From the NCBI RefSeq assembly GCF_016432865.1, contig NC_067399.1, positions 681,876,001 through 681,940,000 of the forward strand: 64,000 bases of DNA. The letters run 5' to 3'. The DNA comes from Antechinus flavipes (lineage: Eukaryota). A model generated the notes under the pieces. It saw nothing but the letters and a program-made list of their open reading frames with translations, ran no database searches and was not told the origin of the DNA. How positions within the stretch are numbered: the stretch's first letter is position 1; each line of letters begins with the position of its first letter. Shown here piece by piece: positions 1-12,789 of this stretch. The position numbers were made by a program, and so were the translations under genes.

Positions 1-28
1 GCTGGGGACATCTCATTTTTATACCCAG

Positions 29-50
29 AAAATTCTCCAGAAGAACTGAG
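29..50 (+). other. Candidate 22-nt micro-exon of an unidentified gene
   Basis: Acceptor tctcatttttatacccag| and strong donor GAG|gtaaga; open frames ENSPEELR or KFSRRTE; no homology recognised. Confidence 0.3.
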
Positions 51-1290
51 GTAAGAGGATTCTGTCATATTGGGTGCTGTGGTTAAAACAATGAAAATAT
101 ATTCCTGAACTCTACAAGCCGTGTCTTCAATTCTGTCATCATTGTCTGGGAAAAAAAATCTGTAGAAAATATGTAAATGATCTCTTGGCGAATTCTCCAT
201 TTCATACTATATTTCCTCTCTCCATCTGATCAGAGAAGTGAGCCCGCGGGGGCACCTGACCATCACCCAGGTCTGCCCAGCTCCTTGAAAGCACTAATTT
301 AGAGGTCAAGGCTTCATCCTTTTGAGTCCTTCCCATTTTTCTCTCTGTGCATCTTGAGATAAAGCTATCCCAATACATCAGAGTAGCTACTACTATGGAC
401 CATGATATCTACTCGCGTCAGAATTATGTTTTACCCTTGTCATTCTCTGTCTAATACAAACACCTCCTGCTTATTCAAACTAGCTCCCACTATGGCAGCC
501 CATTTCTATGAGGTTAAGTCTCATTCACATCCATTAGTCTACAGGCATCCTTGTGAAGATTATTTTTGCCAGCCTGTTATGCCTTCTCATCTCTCACAAT
601 GAAGGCCATCTGTTGCCATGGTGCTGCCCATTTTCTTTTGTTATAGAAAACAAAAAAGACCTTTGGTTAAAAGCCAGAAGGTGACTGAGGGTAAATGAGT
701 TAAAGCTTGGCAATTAGATGCCAGTGGGAAGATCCTGAACTGTCTTATGTGTTCCTATTCCAGAGAGAGTTAGATCCCTCCCTATAAATCATGTAAGTCA
801 CAACCTCTATCACTATAAATCCCCATGTCAGGAATGGGGAACTTCCCAGCCGCTAAAACTCAAGTCTAGTCAACAAATGTTTCCTAAACCCTTATTATGT
901 GCCAGCCAACAGGCTAAGTGTTGGGAACACAACTTCCTCAATAAGTTGGCAGTTCAATTATACTAACAATCATTTCTACGAATTTCTACACAAAATGTCC
1001 CTCATTGCCTCCTTTCTGTGCTGTACCCGGGGCAGATAGCAACTTTGCCTACCAGTGGTCCATGAATTGTCAGCTTATTCCACAATAATGCTTTTCCTTT
1101 TTCAACTATGAGTAGGGAAGGGTGGGATCAAGTGCCTACTACTTGTTAGATATTGTGTTAAGTGCTTTGCAAATATTGTCTCATTCCGTTACTCAATAGT
1201 TCATTCAATATTTAATATTGAGTTTCCAATTGGGTACCTAAGATAGTGGAATAACTGCTTCCACTATCACGTGGAGTGAGTGTATGAGTG

Positions 1291-1293
<3 letters not shown>

Positions 1294-1330
<37 letters not shown>
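1294..1330. repeat. (TG)n microsatellite
   Basis: Direct inspection. Confidence 0.95.
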
Positions 1331-1332
<2 letters not shown>

Positions 1333-1879
1333 GGGGAGGTTAGCAGATTTTAAGAAAATATTTTTTCTTTCATTTCTCGAATAGACCCCTTTCTTCCTTG
1401 CACAAAACCCTGTGAGTTTTTCTTGCATTTTTATTGCCATTGTCAAGGAGAAAAAAAAACAAACAAACAAACAAAAACAAAAAACAACAACAAAAAAAGC
1501 TTTCCATTCTCCTCCTTTCCCCATCTGCATGGACATATACAAAAAATCCCATCGGTTGACATGTCTATTGACAATCTACCATGTCTATTGGACCTTCCTC
1601 ATTTCTTAATTGTCTGTAACACTTTGTAACTTTTCTGGCTTTCCCCCAGGACCCAAAAAACTCATTGGTGACAAAATCTTATCATTCTGAAAGGTGTCAT
1701 CTACCGTAGGTGCTCATTTCCTCAACACTTCTGTGTGTTTAATCCGAGGTGGAGAGCCATGAATGCAAGTTTGGGGCATTCCTCCTTTGGGAAGGAACAT
1801 CATGTAGAAAAACATTGTATTTCTCACTTGCCCACAGTACTTCGGAATTTTCCACTATTCCCTGTGTTAATTATCTGCC

Positions 1880-2000
1880 CAGTTTCCTTCCCCGTCCTTG
1901 ATTTCCAGTTCCTGGGGAGTAAATGTCTTTATTCTATATTTATCCTCAGTGTTTTAGCACAATGCCAGACACAGTGTAGATAATATTTATTGACTGACAT
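1880..2000 (+). mobile_element. L2 LINE 3' end fragment
   Basis: tttatcctcagtgttttagcacaatgccagacacagtgtagataatatttattgactgac resembles the L2 terminus. Confidence 0.6.
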
Positions 2001-2445
2001 TTCAAACTAAGTACAATAAAACAATGTTATTCATTATCACTTCCCTAATAAATACTTCCAATCTGGTACTCCCCAATATGCTTTCTTTTTGGTGGAAGAT
2101 ATCAAACAACTTACGTTTTTGTAAACTTGACAATATCTTTGTCTCTGCACTCTTCTCTACCTCACATGTACATTTTATTAGTCAAATCTTGGATTTTCTA
2201 TTTCTGTTAGTACCTCTGGTATATCTGGCTCTTCTTCAATAGAGCAAACACTTTTGCTCAGATTCTTATGCTTCTTAAAAATCACTTCCTAGGAGGTCTT
2301 CTGGCTTCTAACACTCTAGTTGGTCTCTCTGATACTTATATTTAATCACAGTAACTTCCCTGATAAATTTTGGGATTATTTAATTTTAAGGTATTGTCAC
2401 AATTTAATAAATAGAATAATATGTTTGGCTATAAGAAATCAAATG

Positions 2446-5400
2446 GGGGCCTGGAGTCAAGATAGAAGAGATAGTGCTTCTTTTTGACCTCCTATAACCC
2501 TCAGACTAATTTCCAAATTAAGCCTCTGAATTAGCTCTGACCAGCAGAATCAATGAATATTGGAAGTGAAACAAATTACTAGTAAAAGATGATTTTAAAG
2601 ACCCCAGAAAAGTCTTATTTCAATCGGGCACAGAGGGAGGTGGCCAAGCGAAACAGGCCTAGCACAGATACTAATGCAAACAGCACAGAACCAGGGTGGT
2701 GTGAGTTCCATGGGCCAGAAAATCTATAGGGAGGAATCTACAGCAGTGTTTTTACCACTCTGCTCTGGCTGCAAGCCACTAGAGCAGCAGAGAAGTTATA
2801 AAACACCCAACACAAACACAAACGGTAAATAATGAACTCCAAAACACCAGAATCTCATGGGACCTAGCCATACCCACCCAACACCAGGAATGAGTCAGCA
2901 TGGACCCAGCATGCATTTAGATAAATCAAACCATAAAATAAATAAGAAAGAAATTAAGGAGGTGTTAGATATGGTAGATCTTTGGAGGAAATTGAGCGGA
3001 GACAGAAAGGAGTGCACATTCTTCTCATCAGTTCATGAAACCTATACAAAAATTGATCATATATTAGGACATAAAGATCTCAAAATCAAATGCAGAAATG
3101 CAGAAATAGTAAATTCATTTTTTTCATATCCTGATGCAATAAAAATTACATTCAATAAAAGACCAATAAAAGACCAAAAAAGACCAAAAATTGGAAACTA
3201 AATAATCTCCTCTTAAAGAATAAAGGGGTGAAATGGCAAAATATAGACACAATCAATAATTTCACCCAAGAGCATGACAACAATAATGAAACAACAAACC
3301 AAAATTTGTAGCATGGAGCCAAAGTGGTAATAAGGGGAAAACTTATATATCTACATGCTTACTTGCATAATCTAGAAAAAGAGAAAACCATGAATTGGTC
3401 TTGCAACTAAAAAAGCTAGAAAAAGAACAAATTTTAAAACCCCAATCAAATACCACACTTGAAATTCCAAAAATAAAAGGAGATATTAATAAGATTGAAA
3501 TTAAAAAAACTATTGAATTAATAAATAAAACTTAGTTTTATGAAAAAAATCAACAAAATAGATGAACCTTTAGTTAATTTGATTTTTAAAAATTTTAAAG
3601 GAACATCAAATTATCAGTCTTAAAAATGAAAAGGGAGAACTTTACACCAACAAAGAGGAAATTAGAGCAATAATGAGGAAGTTACTTTGCTTAACATTAT
3701 GCCAATTAATTTGACAACTAAGCGAAATGGAGGAATATCTACAAAAATATAGATTTCCCAGATTAACAGAAGAGAAAACAAATTATTTAGTTCCATTTTA
3801 GAAAAAGAAATACAACAAGCTATTAATCAACTCCCTAAGAAAGAAATCCCCAGGATCAGATGGATTTACATGCAAGTTCTACCAAACATTTAACACAAAC
3901 AATTAATTCCAATACTATATAAACTATTTGAAAAAATAGGAAATGAAGGAGTCCTACCAAATTATTTTTGTGTGGCAGACATGGTACATTGATACCTAAA
4001 CCAGGTAGGATGAAAACAGAGAAATAAAATTATAGACCAATCTTCCTACAATGAATATTGATGAAAATATTTTAAATAAAATATTATCAAAGAGATTACA
4101 GAAAATCATCCCCAGGATAATACACCACGACCAAGTAGGAATACCAGGAATGCAGGGCTGGTTCAATATTAGGAAGACTTAATAGTTTTGACTATATCAA
4201 TAACCAAATCAACAAAAATATATGATCATCTCAATAGATGCAGAAAAAGCATTTGATAAAATCCAACACCCATTCCTATTAAAAACTCTAGAGAGTATAA
4301 GAATAAATGGACTTTTCCTAAAAATGATCAGTAGCATCTTTTTAAAACCATCAGCAAGCATCAGATGCAATGGAGATAAACTAGAACTACTCCCAACAAG
4401 ATCAGAAGTGAAACAAGGTTGCCCACTATTACCATTACTATTCAATATTGTATTAGAAATGGTAGCTTTGGCAATAAGAGAAGAAAAAGAGATTAAAGGA
4501 ATTAGAGTAGGTAACGAGGAAACTAAATTATCATTCTTTGCAGATGATATGATAGTATACTTAGAGAACCCTAGATAATCAATTAAACAACTATCAGAAG
4601 CAGTCTGCTATTTTAAGCAAAGTTGCAGGATAGAAAATAAATCCACATAAATCATTGGCATTTTTATATGTCACTAAATAAAACCCAATAGCAAGAGAAA
4701 CAAAGAGAATTCCATTTAAAATAGTTGTTGATACTACAAAATATTTGGGAATCTATCTGCCAAGGGAAAGTCAGGAACTACATGAACAAAACTACAAAAT
4801 ACTTTCCACACAAATAAAGTCAGATCTAAACAATTGAGAAAATATCAAAGTGTTCTTGGATAGGTCGAGTGAATATAATAAAGATGACAATACTAGCTAA
4901 CCCAATCTACTTATTTAGTACTATACCAGTCAAACTCCCCCAAAACTATTTTACTGATCTAGAAAAAATAACAAAATTTTTCTGCAAGAACAAAAGATTA
5001 AGAATTTCAAGGGAATCAATAAAAAAAATAAATGGTGGCCCCGCTGTACCAGATCTAAAAACAGATTATAAAGCAGCAGTCATCAAAATCATTTGGTACT
5101 GGCTAAAAAATAGAGCATAGGTTAAGTTCACAGAACAAAATAGTCAATGACTATAGAAATCTAGTGTTTGACAAACCCAAAGACCCCAGATTTTGGGATA
5201 AGAATTCATTATTTGACAAATATTGCTGGGAAAATTGGAAATTAGTATGGCAGAAACCAGGCATTGAACCACACCTAACACCATATGCCAAGATAAAAGT
5301 CAAAATGGGTTCATGATGTAGACATAATGATATTATAAACAAATTAGAAAAACATAGTATATATATAGTTTACCTCGCAGATCTGTGAGGAAGGAATTTG

Positions 5401-7384
5401 TGACCAAAGATCTAGAGATCAATTGTTGATCACAAAATAGATAATTTTGATTATATTAGGTTAAAAAGTTTTGTATAAACAAAACTAATGCAGACAAGAT
5501 TAGAGGGAAAGCAACAAATTGGGAAAAATATTTTTTTACATTCAAAGGTTCTGATAAAGGCCTCATTTCTAAAATGTATAAAGAATTGACTCAAATTGGT
5601 AAGAATTCAAGCCATTCTCCAATTGATAAATGGTCAAAGGCTATGAACAGACAATTTTCAGATGAAAAAATTGCAACTATTTGTAGTCACATGAAAAGGT
5701 ACTCCAAATCACTATTGATCAAAGAAATGCAAATTAAGATAACTGAGATACCACTACACACCAGTCAGATTGGCTAAGATGACAGAAAGAGATAATGATG
5801 AATGTTGGAGGGGGACACTGATACATTGTTGGTGAAACTGTGAAGGAAGTCAACCATTCTGGAGAGCAATTTGGAATTATGCTCAAAAAGTTATCAAACT
5901 GCACATCCCCTTTGATCCAGCAGTGTTTCTACTGGGCTTATACCCCAAAGAGATACTAAAGAAGGGAAAGGGACCTGTATGTGCCAAAATGTTTGTGGCA
6001 GCCCTTTTTGTAGTGGCTAGAAGCTGGAAAATGAATGGATGCCCATCAATTGGAGAATGGTTGAGTAAATTGCGGTATATGAGTGTTGTGGAATATTATT
6101 GTTCTGTAAGAAACGACCAGCAGGATGAATACAGAGAGGACTGGCGAGACTTACATGAACTGATGCTGAGGGAAATGAGCAGAACCAGGAGATCATTATA
6201 TACCTCAACAACGATACTGTTTGAGGATGTATTCTGATGGAAGTGAATCTCTTCGATAAAGAGAGCCTTAATTGATCAAAGATGGACAGAAGCAGCTACA
6301 CCCAGAGAAAGAACACTGGAAATGAATATAAACTGCTTGCATTTTTGTTTTTCCTCCCGGGTTATTTATACCTTCTGAATCCAATTCTCCCTGTGCAACA
6401 AGAAAACTGTTTGGTTCTGCACACATATATTGTATCTAGGATATACTGCAACCCATTCAACATGTAAAGGACTCTTGCCATCTCAGGGAAGGCGTGGAGG
6501 GAGGGAGGGGGAAAATCGGAACAGAAGTGAATGCAAGGGATAATGCTGTAAAAAATTACCCTGGCATGGGTTCTGTCAATAAAAAGATATTAAATAAAAA
6601 AAAAATTAAAAAAAGTTATCAAACTGTGCATATTTTTTGATCTAGCAGTGTTACTACTGGGCTTGTATCCCAATATCCCAAAGAAATCTTAAAGGAGGGA
6701 AAGGGACCCCTATGTGCAAAAATGTTTGTGGCAGCCCTGTTTGTAGTGGCTAGAAAGTGGAAATTGATTTGATGCCTGTCAATTGGATAATGCTGAATAA
6801 ATTGCAGTATGGGAATGTTATGGAATGTTATTCTTCTGTAAGAAATGATCAGGAGAATGAATTTTAGAGAGGCCTGAAGAGACTTATACGAACTGATGCT
6901 AAGTGAAATAATCAGAACTAGGAAATCATTCATTGTACACGTCAACAACGATACTGTATGAGGATATATTCTGATGGATGTGGCTCTTTTCAACAATGAG
7001 ATGATTCAAATCAATTCCAAATGTTCAGTGATGAAGAGAGCCATCTACAACCAGAGAGAGGACTGTGGGAACTGAGTGTAGACCACAACATAGCATTCTC
7101 ACTCTTTCTGTTTTTGTTTGCTTGTATTTTGTTTTCTTTCCCATTTTTTCCTTCTTGACCTGATTTTTCTTATGCAACAAGATAACTGCATAAATATGTA
7201 TACATATATTGGATTTAACATATTTTAACATGCATTGGACTACCTGCCATCTAAGGTGGGGGATGGGGGAAAGGAGGGGATAATTTGAAACAGAAGGCTT
7301 TGCAAGGATCAATGCTAAAAAATTACCCATGCATATGTTTTGTAATTAAAAAGCTTTAATAAAAAATAAAAATAAATAAAAAAT
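2446..7384 (+). mobile_element. Older L1 LINE with 5'UTR, lacking ORF1 and the ORF2 N-terminus, frameshifted ORF2, 3'UTR and polyA; interrupted by a younger L1
   Basis: 11-bp TSD gaaatcaaatg at 2435-2445 and 7385-7395; ORF2 peptides TYTKIDHILGHK (endonuclease), [18 protein letters not shown] and [13 protein letters not shown] (RT), YKAAVIKIIWYW; polyA at ~7360-7384. Confidence 0.93.
5902..6609 (+). mobile_element. Younger 5'-truncated L1 (ORF2 C-terminus + 3'UTR + polyA) nested in the older L1
   Basis: 17-bp direct repeat aaaaagttatcaaactg at 5885-5901 and 6610-6626; open ORF2 tail (LLGLYPKEILKKGKGPVCAKMFVAALFVVAR...ILFEDVF*); 3'UTR differs from the host 3'UTR at 6960-7384. Confidence 0.85.
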
Positions 7385-7482
7385 GAAATCAAATGTTTTT
7401 CAGGTTATCCATAGACTTGTGAACTTTCAGTATTAAGCAATCAACAGTTTAAACATGTTTTATTTAATTAGTTTTTTATTGG

Positions 7483-9830
7483 ACTCAGCAGAATCCACAA
7501 AGGCCACAGGACGTAACCTTTTCCTTACAGCTTAGCTCGGCAAACATCTGTTGGGCCTGGCTGAGACTAGGGTGCAGTCCAGTGTAGTTCAGCCCCAGCA
7601 GGTCAGGAGCTGGCCCTGAGAACCACTTTAATAACTATATTACATATATATCAGCATATATAATGTGCCAATTGTATCAGCGAAGGCAGCAGCTGCTTTC
7701 AGAGCCCTCAGCCCACAGATGGTGAGGGAGCTAGATTCCTGATTAGGAGGAGATTGCAGGGTCTTTGTTTTGTCCACTCAGACTTGGGGACTAGTCCTGG
7801 GTAGCAGTCCCAAGGTGAGGAGGAGCCCGAGCTCTCCAGAGCTTGCAGCTACAGAGAAGCAGGGACCATCCTCATAGTTCTTGGGCAGAGGAGAGTGCTT
7901 CTGGTCATGCACAAAGCAGGTTACAGGTCAGAACAGTAAGCACACAGCTCCTTAAGAATACTACCAAAAACTGACAACTTACTGGCCCTTTTCAGTATTT
8001 CTGAAAACAAACCCTTGAAGCTTGGGCCAGTGGGCCCTTCCCCCTGGAAGCAGAGTTGTACTTTAACAAAGAGTCAAGAAATAGGCTGGGACAAATAGCA
8101 AATTAATAGAAAAAAATTCTGATCATATAAAATTTGCATGGTAAGAAAATCAAAACACACATTCAGTAAATGATAAAGTCAATCTACTGAGCTCTCTTCA
8201 AAACCTCCAAGAAAAATAATTATTCTCAGGCTATGAAAGAGCTGAAAAAGGATTTTGAAAATCAAGGCAGAGAGAGCTAAAAAAGTTACTTAGAAAAATG
8301 AAAGTGATGCAAGAAAATCATGAAAAAAATCAACAACTTAGAAAGGTAGACAAAAATACTGGGGAAAATAATATCTTAAAAAAAAGAATAGGTCAAATGG
8401 AAAAGGAGACACAAAAATTCAATGGGAAAAAAGGATATCTTGAAAAGCAGAAATGGGTAAATGGAAAAGGAAGGACAAAAATTCACTAAAGAAAAAAAAT
8501 CCTTAAAAAATAGAATTAGCCAAATGAAAAAATATTTCTTTACAATTTACAATTAAGCTAATGAAAATGAATGATTGTGGGAAATAAACAATAAAACAAA
8601 ACTAAAAGAAGACAATATGGAAATAGGTCCAGGAGAGTTTTTTTTTTTTTTTAATGACCCTTTTTAAAGCCATGAGAGACATAGAGAGAGAGAGCAAGAG
8701 AGCATATCTAGACTTCATCTTTTCAAGAAATTGTCAAGGAAAACTGCCCTAATATTCTAGAACCAGAGAGTACTATGGTAACGAGAAAGAATCCAACAAT
8801 TAACTCCTGAAATAGATCCCCAAATGAAAACTATCAGGAATATTACAGCCAAATTCCAGAACTCCCAAGTCAAGGAGAAAATATTTCAAGCATCCCAAAA
8901 GAAACAATTCAATAAAATGGAGCCATAGTCAGCATACACAAGATTTAGCAGCTTCTACTTTAAAGGATCAGAGGACTGTGGAATATTATCTTCCAAAGGA
9001 CAAGAAATGAGGATTATAACCAGAAATCACATACCCAATTTAAAAAAAAATAGTATAATTCTTCAGGGGAAAATAAAGATATTCAATTAAATATATGACT
9101 TTCAAACATTCTTAAAGGATCAGATTTGAAAAGAAAATTTGACTTTCAAATACAAGACTCAAAAGAAGGATAAAAAGGTAAATAAATAGAAAAGGAAAAT
9201 CAAAAACAACTTAAGGTTAAGCTGTTTATATTCCTACATGGCAAGATACTCAATTTTTTTCTCACTAGAGCATAAGGAGTAGTACACATATATGTATAGA
9301 CCGAGGACATAGGATATCTAAAACAATAGGGAGTTAAATGTACTGAGAGAAATGGAAAGAGAAGAGGTAGATAGAAAGGTATTGATTATCTCACATAAAA
9401 GAGCCAAGGAAAAAAAAAGTATTGTGGAATGGAAGACAGGAAGGATTGAGGAAGAATTTTCGTACTCTCATCAAAATTGGGTCAAGAAGGAATATTATAC
9501 ATTTTCTATTGGGTATAAAAATCTATTTTACTCTACAGAAAAGTAGAAAGCAAATTTTTAAGAAAAGAGGGGATGATAGAAGAGAAGCTATATTGAGAGG
9601 ATGGTCAGAAGGAAAACATTTTTGAAGAGAGGGTAAAAATGAATGAATATTAATAGTCAAAAGAAAGCTAACTTATAATAACTATGTTTGGGGAAAGGGG
9701 CTTTTCATTTCAATAATGATGAGAAGTGCAAACAACTGGGACCCCAAATCATGCTTATCAACAACCAAAAATAATAATTTGGAAAAAATGTGCTAGATGC
9801 AATTTTCCTGAGTTCCTTTCAAGTCCCATA
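7483..9830 (+). mobile_element. Old L1 5' portion (5'UTR, degenerate ORF1, inter-ORF region)
   Basis: 5'UTR motif cagcagaatc shared with 2543; ORF1 coiled-coil-like peptide MKVMQENHEK...KKRIGQMEKETQKF; ORF1 C-terminal region ~8700-9180. Confidence 0.75.
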
Positions 9831-9874
9831 TTTCATAAGAATCCTTCCCTAGTCCTTATTAATCCTATTATCTT

Positions 9875-10988
9875 CTTTTGCTTAGTTTTTTTTTTTTACA
9901 TTTTTATTTAGTTTTGAGTTATAAATTCTTTCCCTTCCTCCTCCTTCTACCCATCCCAGAGATGGCAAGCAATCAGATAGGTTATACTTATGTAATTGTG
10001 TAAAACATCCCTGTGTTTTTTTTTTAAACAAGAAGCATTTCTATGAAAATAAAAAATAACATGCTTCAGTCTGTATTCAAGCATCAACTCCTTCTCTGGA
10101 GATGGATGATATGCTTCATTACAAGTCCTTTTGCGATTGTCTTGGATCATTGTATTGCTTAGAATAGCTGAGTAATTTACAATTCTTCATCAATAATATG
10201 GTTTTTACTATGTAAAGTGTTCTTCTGTATCTGCTGATTTCATTATGTATCTATTCATGCAAGTCTTTTCAGATTTTTCTGACATCATTCTATTTATTTC
10301 TTACAGAACAACAATATTCTACATATATCACAAATTGTTTAGCCATTCCCTAATCTTATCAATCTCCAATTCTTAGCCACCACAAAAAAAATGACTTTTA
10401 GTTTCCTCCCCTTTTTTGGATGTCTTTGTTGGATAAAAAATTATGCACCGTTTGATAGCTTTTTGAGCATGCTTTCTAAAATGATTGGATCATTTCACAA
10501 ATCATGCATTAGTGTCCCAATTTTCACAAATCTCCAAAATTTATTATTTTCCTTTTCTTTCTTATTAATAAATTTGATAACTATGAGATTAAACCTTATA
10601 GCTTTAATTTTCATTTCTCCAATCAGTAGTGATTTAGTTGATTTGAAAACAGCTTGCTCATATCTTTTGACAATTTACCAAATGGAGAATCACTTGCATC
10701 TTTATAAATTTGACTCAGTTCTCTAAATATTATGAAAGTTTTATTAGAGGTATCTGTTACAACCCCCATTTATGCTTTCCTTATAATTTTGGTTGCATTG
10801 GTTTTGCTTGTGCAAAAAAATTACATAATCAAAATTATTTTATATTTTTAATGTTCTCTATATCTTTTTTTTTGGTTCTAAAAGTTTTCCTTTTTATAAA
10901 TCTGCCAGATATACTATCTCATTCTCTCTTTATGGAATCATCCTGTGATTGTAAATCATGCACCACCACCCCCTTTTGACCTTATCTT

Positions 10989-11031
<43 letters not shown>

Positions 11032-11420
11032 TATAAACTATTAATCTAGACATAGTTTCTGTAAAACTATTTTCCAGTTTTCCCAGAAGTTTTTTTCCAA
11101 TAATTTGATTCTATCATATACTAGATTACTATGGTCATTTACTATATAATATAATTTGTACCTAATGTATTTCTCTGATCCACCACTATTTTTAAGCCTG
11201 CATAAGATTGTTTTGTTAATTGCTTCTATATAATACTGTTTTGAGATCTGGTATAGGCATGCCATCTTTTCCTTTTTTTAATTGATTCCCTTGATTTCCT
11301 TCAGCTTTTGTTCAAAATTAATTTTGTTATTTACCTTTCTCCTCTATAAAATAGCTCAGTATGGCACTGAGTAAAGATTAATTTAGCTAGAATTGTCATT
11401 TTTATAATGTTGATTTGGCC
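9875..11420 (-). mobile_element. Old L1 3' fragment (3'UTR + ORF2 C-terminal remnants)
   Basis: T-rich start (reverse polyA), reverse L1 3'UTR motifs, reverse ORF2-like segments (ttccagttttcccag at ~11071). Confidence 0.7.
10991..11028. repeat. (TA)n microsatellite
   Basis: Direct inspection. Confidence 0.95.
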
Positions 11421-11484
11421 CACTTGTGACCTTCACATTTCCTATTTATCCTATATATAATTTGATTTGTATAAATTTTGGCAA

Positions 11485-11745
11485 TGGTTGGAAGAGTGAA
11501 TATACTATCAAGCCTGGAGCTGAGGAATTCTGAATTCAAATTTGTCTTCAGACACTTGCTACCTGGGTGATCCTGGGCAAATCACTCACTGTCTATCTTA
11601 ATTTCCTCATCTGTTAAATGCATATAATAACAACACTCTCTTCTCCAAGATTGGTGAAGATTAAATGAGGTAGGTTGTAGTTCATCTTTTAATAATACTT
11701 ATTAGCACATAGCACATAGTGGGTGCTATAATACATGTTAGCCAT
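11485..11745 (+). mobile_element. MIR/CORE-SINE
   Basis: gaattcaaatttgtcttcagacacttgctacctgggtgatcctgggcaaatcact...ttcctcatctgttaaatg core. Confidence 0.8.
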
Positions 11746-11899
11746 GATTATTTTTTATTATTTGCGCAAGTCATCTCCTCTGTTCAAATATAAACTCTCA
11801 AAGGGCAGGGATTGCCCTTTCTTTCTTCCTCAGAACTTAAAACAGTGTGTGTCCCTTAATGTTTATTTATTGATTGAAGGATGACAGATAAAATAATGT

Positions 11900-12210
11900 A
11901 CTATATTAGTGGAGGTGCACAATGGTCCAAAAATTTGAAAAGAAATTTGGATCAATAAAGAAAAAAAAATCACTACACAGTTATTTCTCAAGGCTAAAAA
12001 AAGGAGTGCCACTATTAAAGACATATCCCAAAGAGATCAAAGACAGAAAAAGAATTTGTTACAAAGAACGAGTACCCATTAATCTGAGGGTATCTGCAAA
12101 AATTGTGATAAAGATAATGATATGTGATTTTGTTGTAAGAAATAAACAGATATGGATGCCAAGAGCCTTGGTGAATTTTATGAATTGATGTGTAATTGAA
12201 ATAATCTGAA
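11900..12210 (+). mobile_element. Very old L1 ORF2 C-terminal fragment
   Basis: Peptide VPLLKTYPKEIKD resembles the L1 ORF2 tail (cf. LLGLYPKEILKK at 5923). Confidence 0.55.
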
Positions 12211-12789
12211 TTTAAATATATATATATATATATAATTCAAACATTAATAAGGAAAATAACAGTGTAAGACTCTAGACCTCCGCTTGATGCAATGATTTCT
12301 TAAGATAGATAACAAAGTAAATCCAAGCATTGCCAAACTGCTGCCCAAGTATCAGCTTTGACCTCTTAAATGGTGAGCTAAGAGTGACCATTTTAGCTTG
12401 AGATCACCTGCACAAAAGGTGGGGGTTTCTGGATTTGGCCTTTATAGTAGTTTGTCAGTTCCTATACTAAAAGTACAGAAAGAGAAATATCTTTGCATTC
12501 AATCCAAGTATAGATTTTTTTCTAGAATTATATTTACTTATATTGAAAGACTGATTTGGGAGGATCAAGAGTAAATTGAAGGTAATTAGGACAATTGACA
12601 AGTGTGATATTGGAAAATAGGAAGAAAAGAGTATTAATGAATCACTGCAAATAAAAAGAAGAGAAGTAAAATAAAGATGAGCTCAATAATAGAAAAATCC
12701 ATATTAAAGTTGAATTGCTAAAAAAAAAAAAAACTGTATGTAATCTAGACTCAAACACAGTTAAGATGGAAATTCACATGCAAGTTCCC

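Noticed and set aside
4222-4578. Reverse transcriptase ORF as a possible active or domesticated gene
   Set aside because: Part of a frameshifted L1 ORF2 with multiple stops
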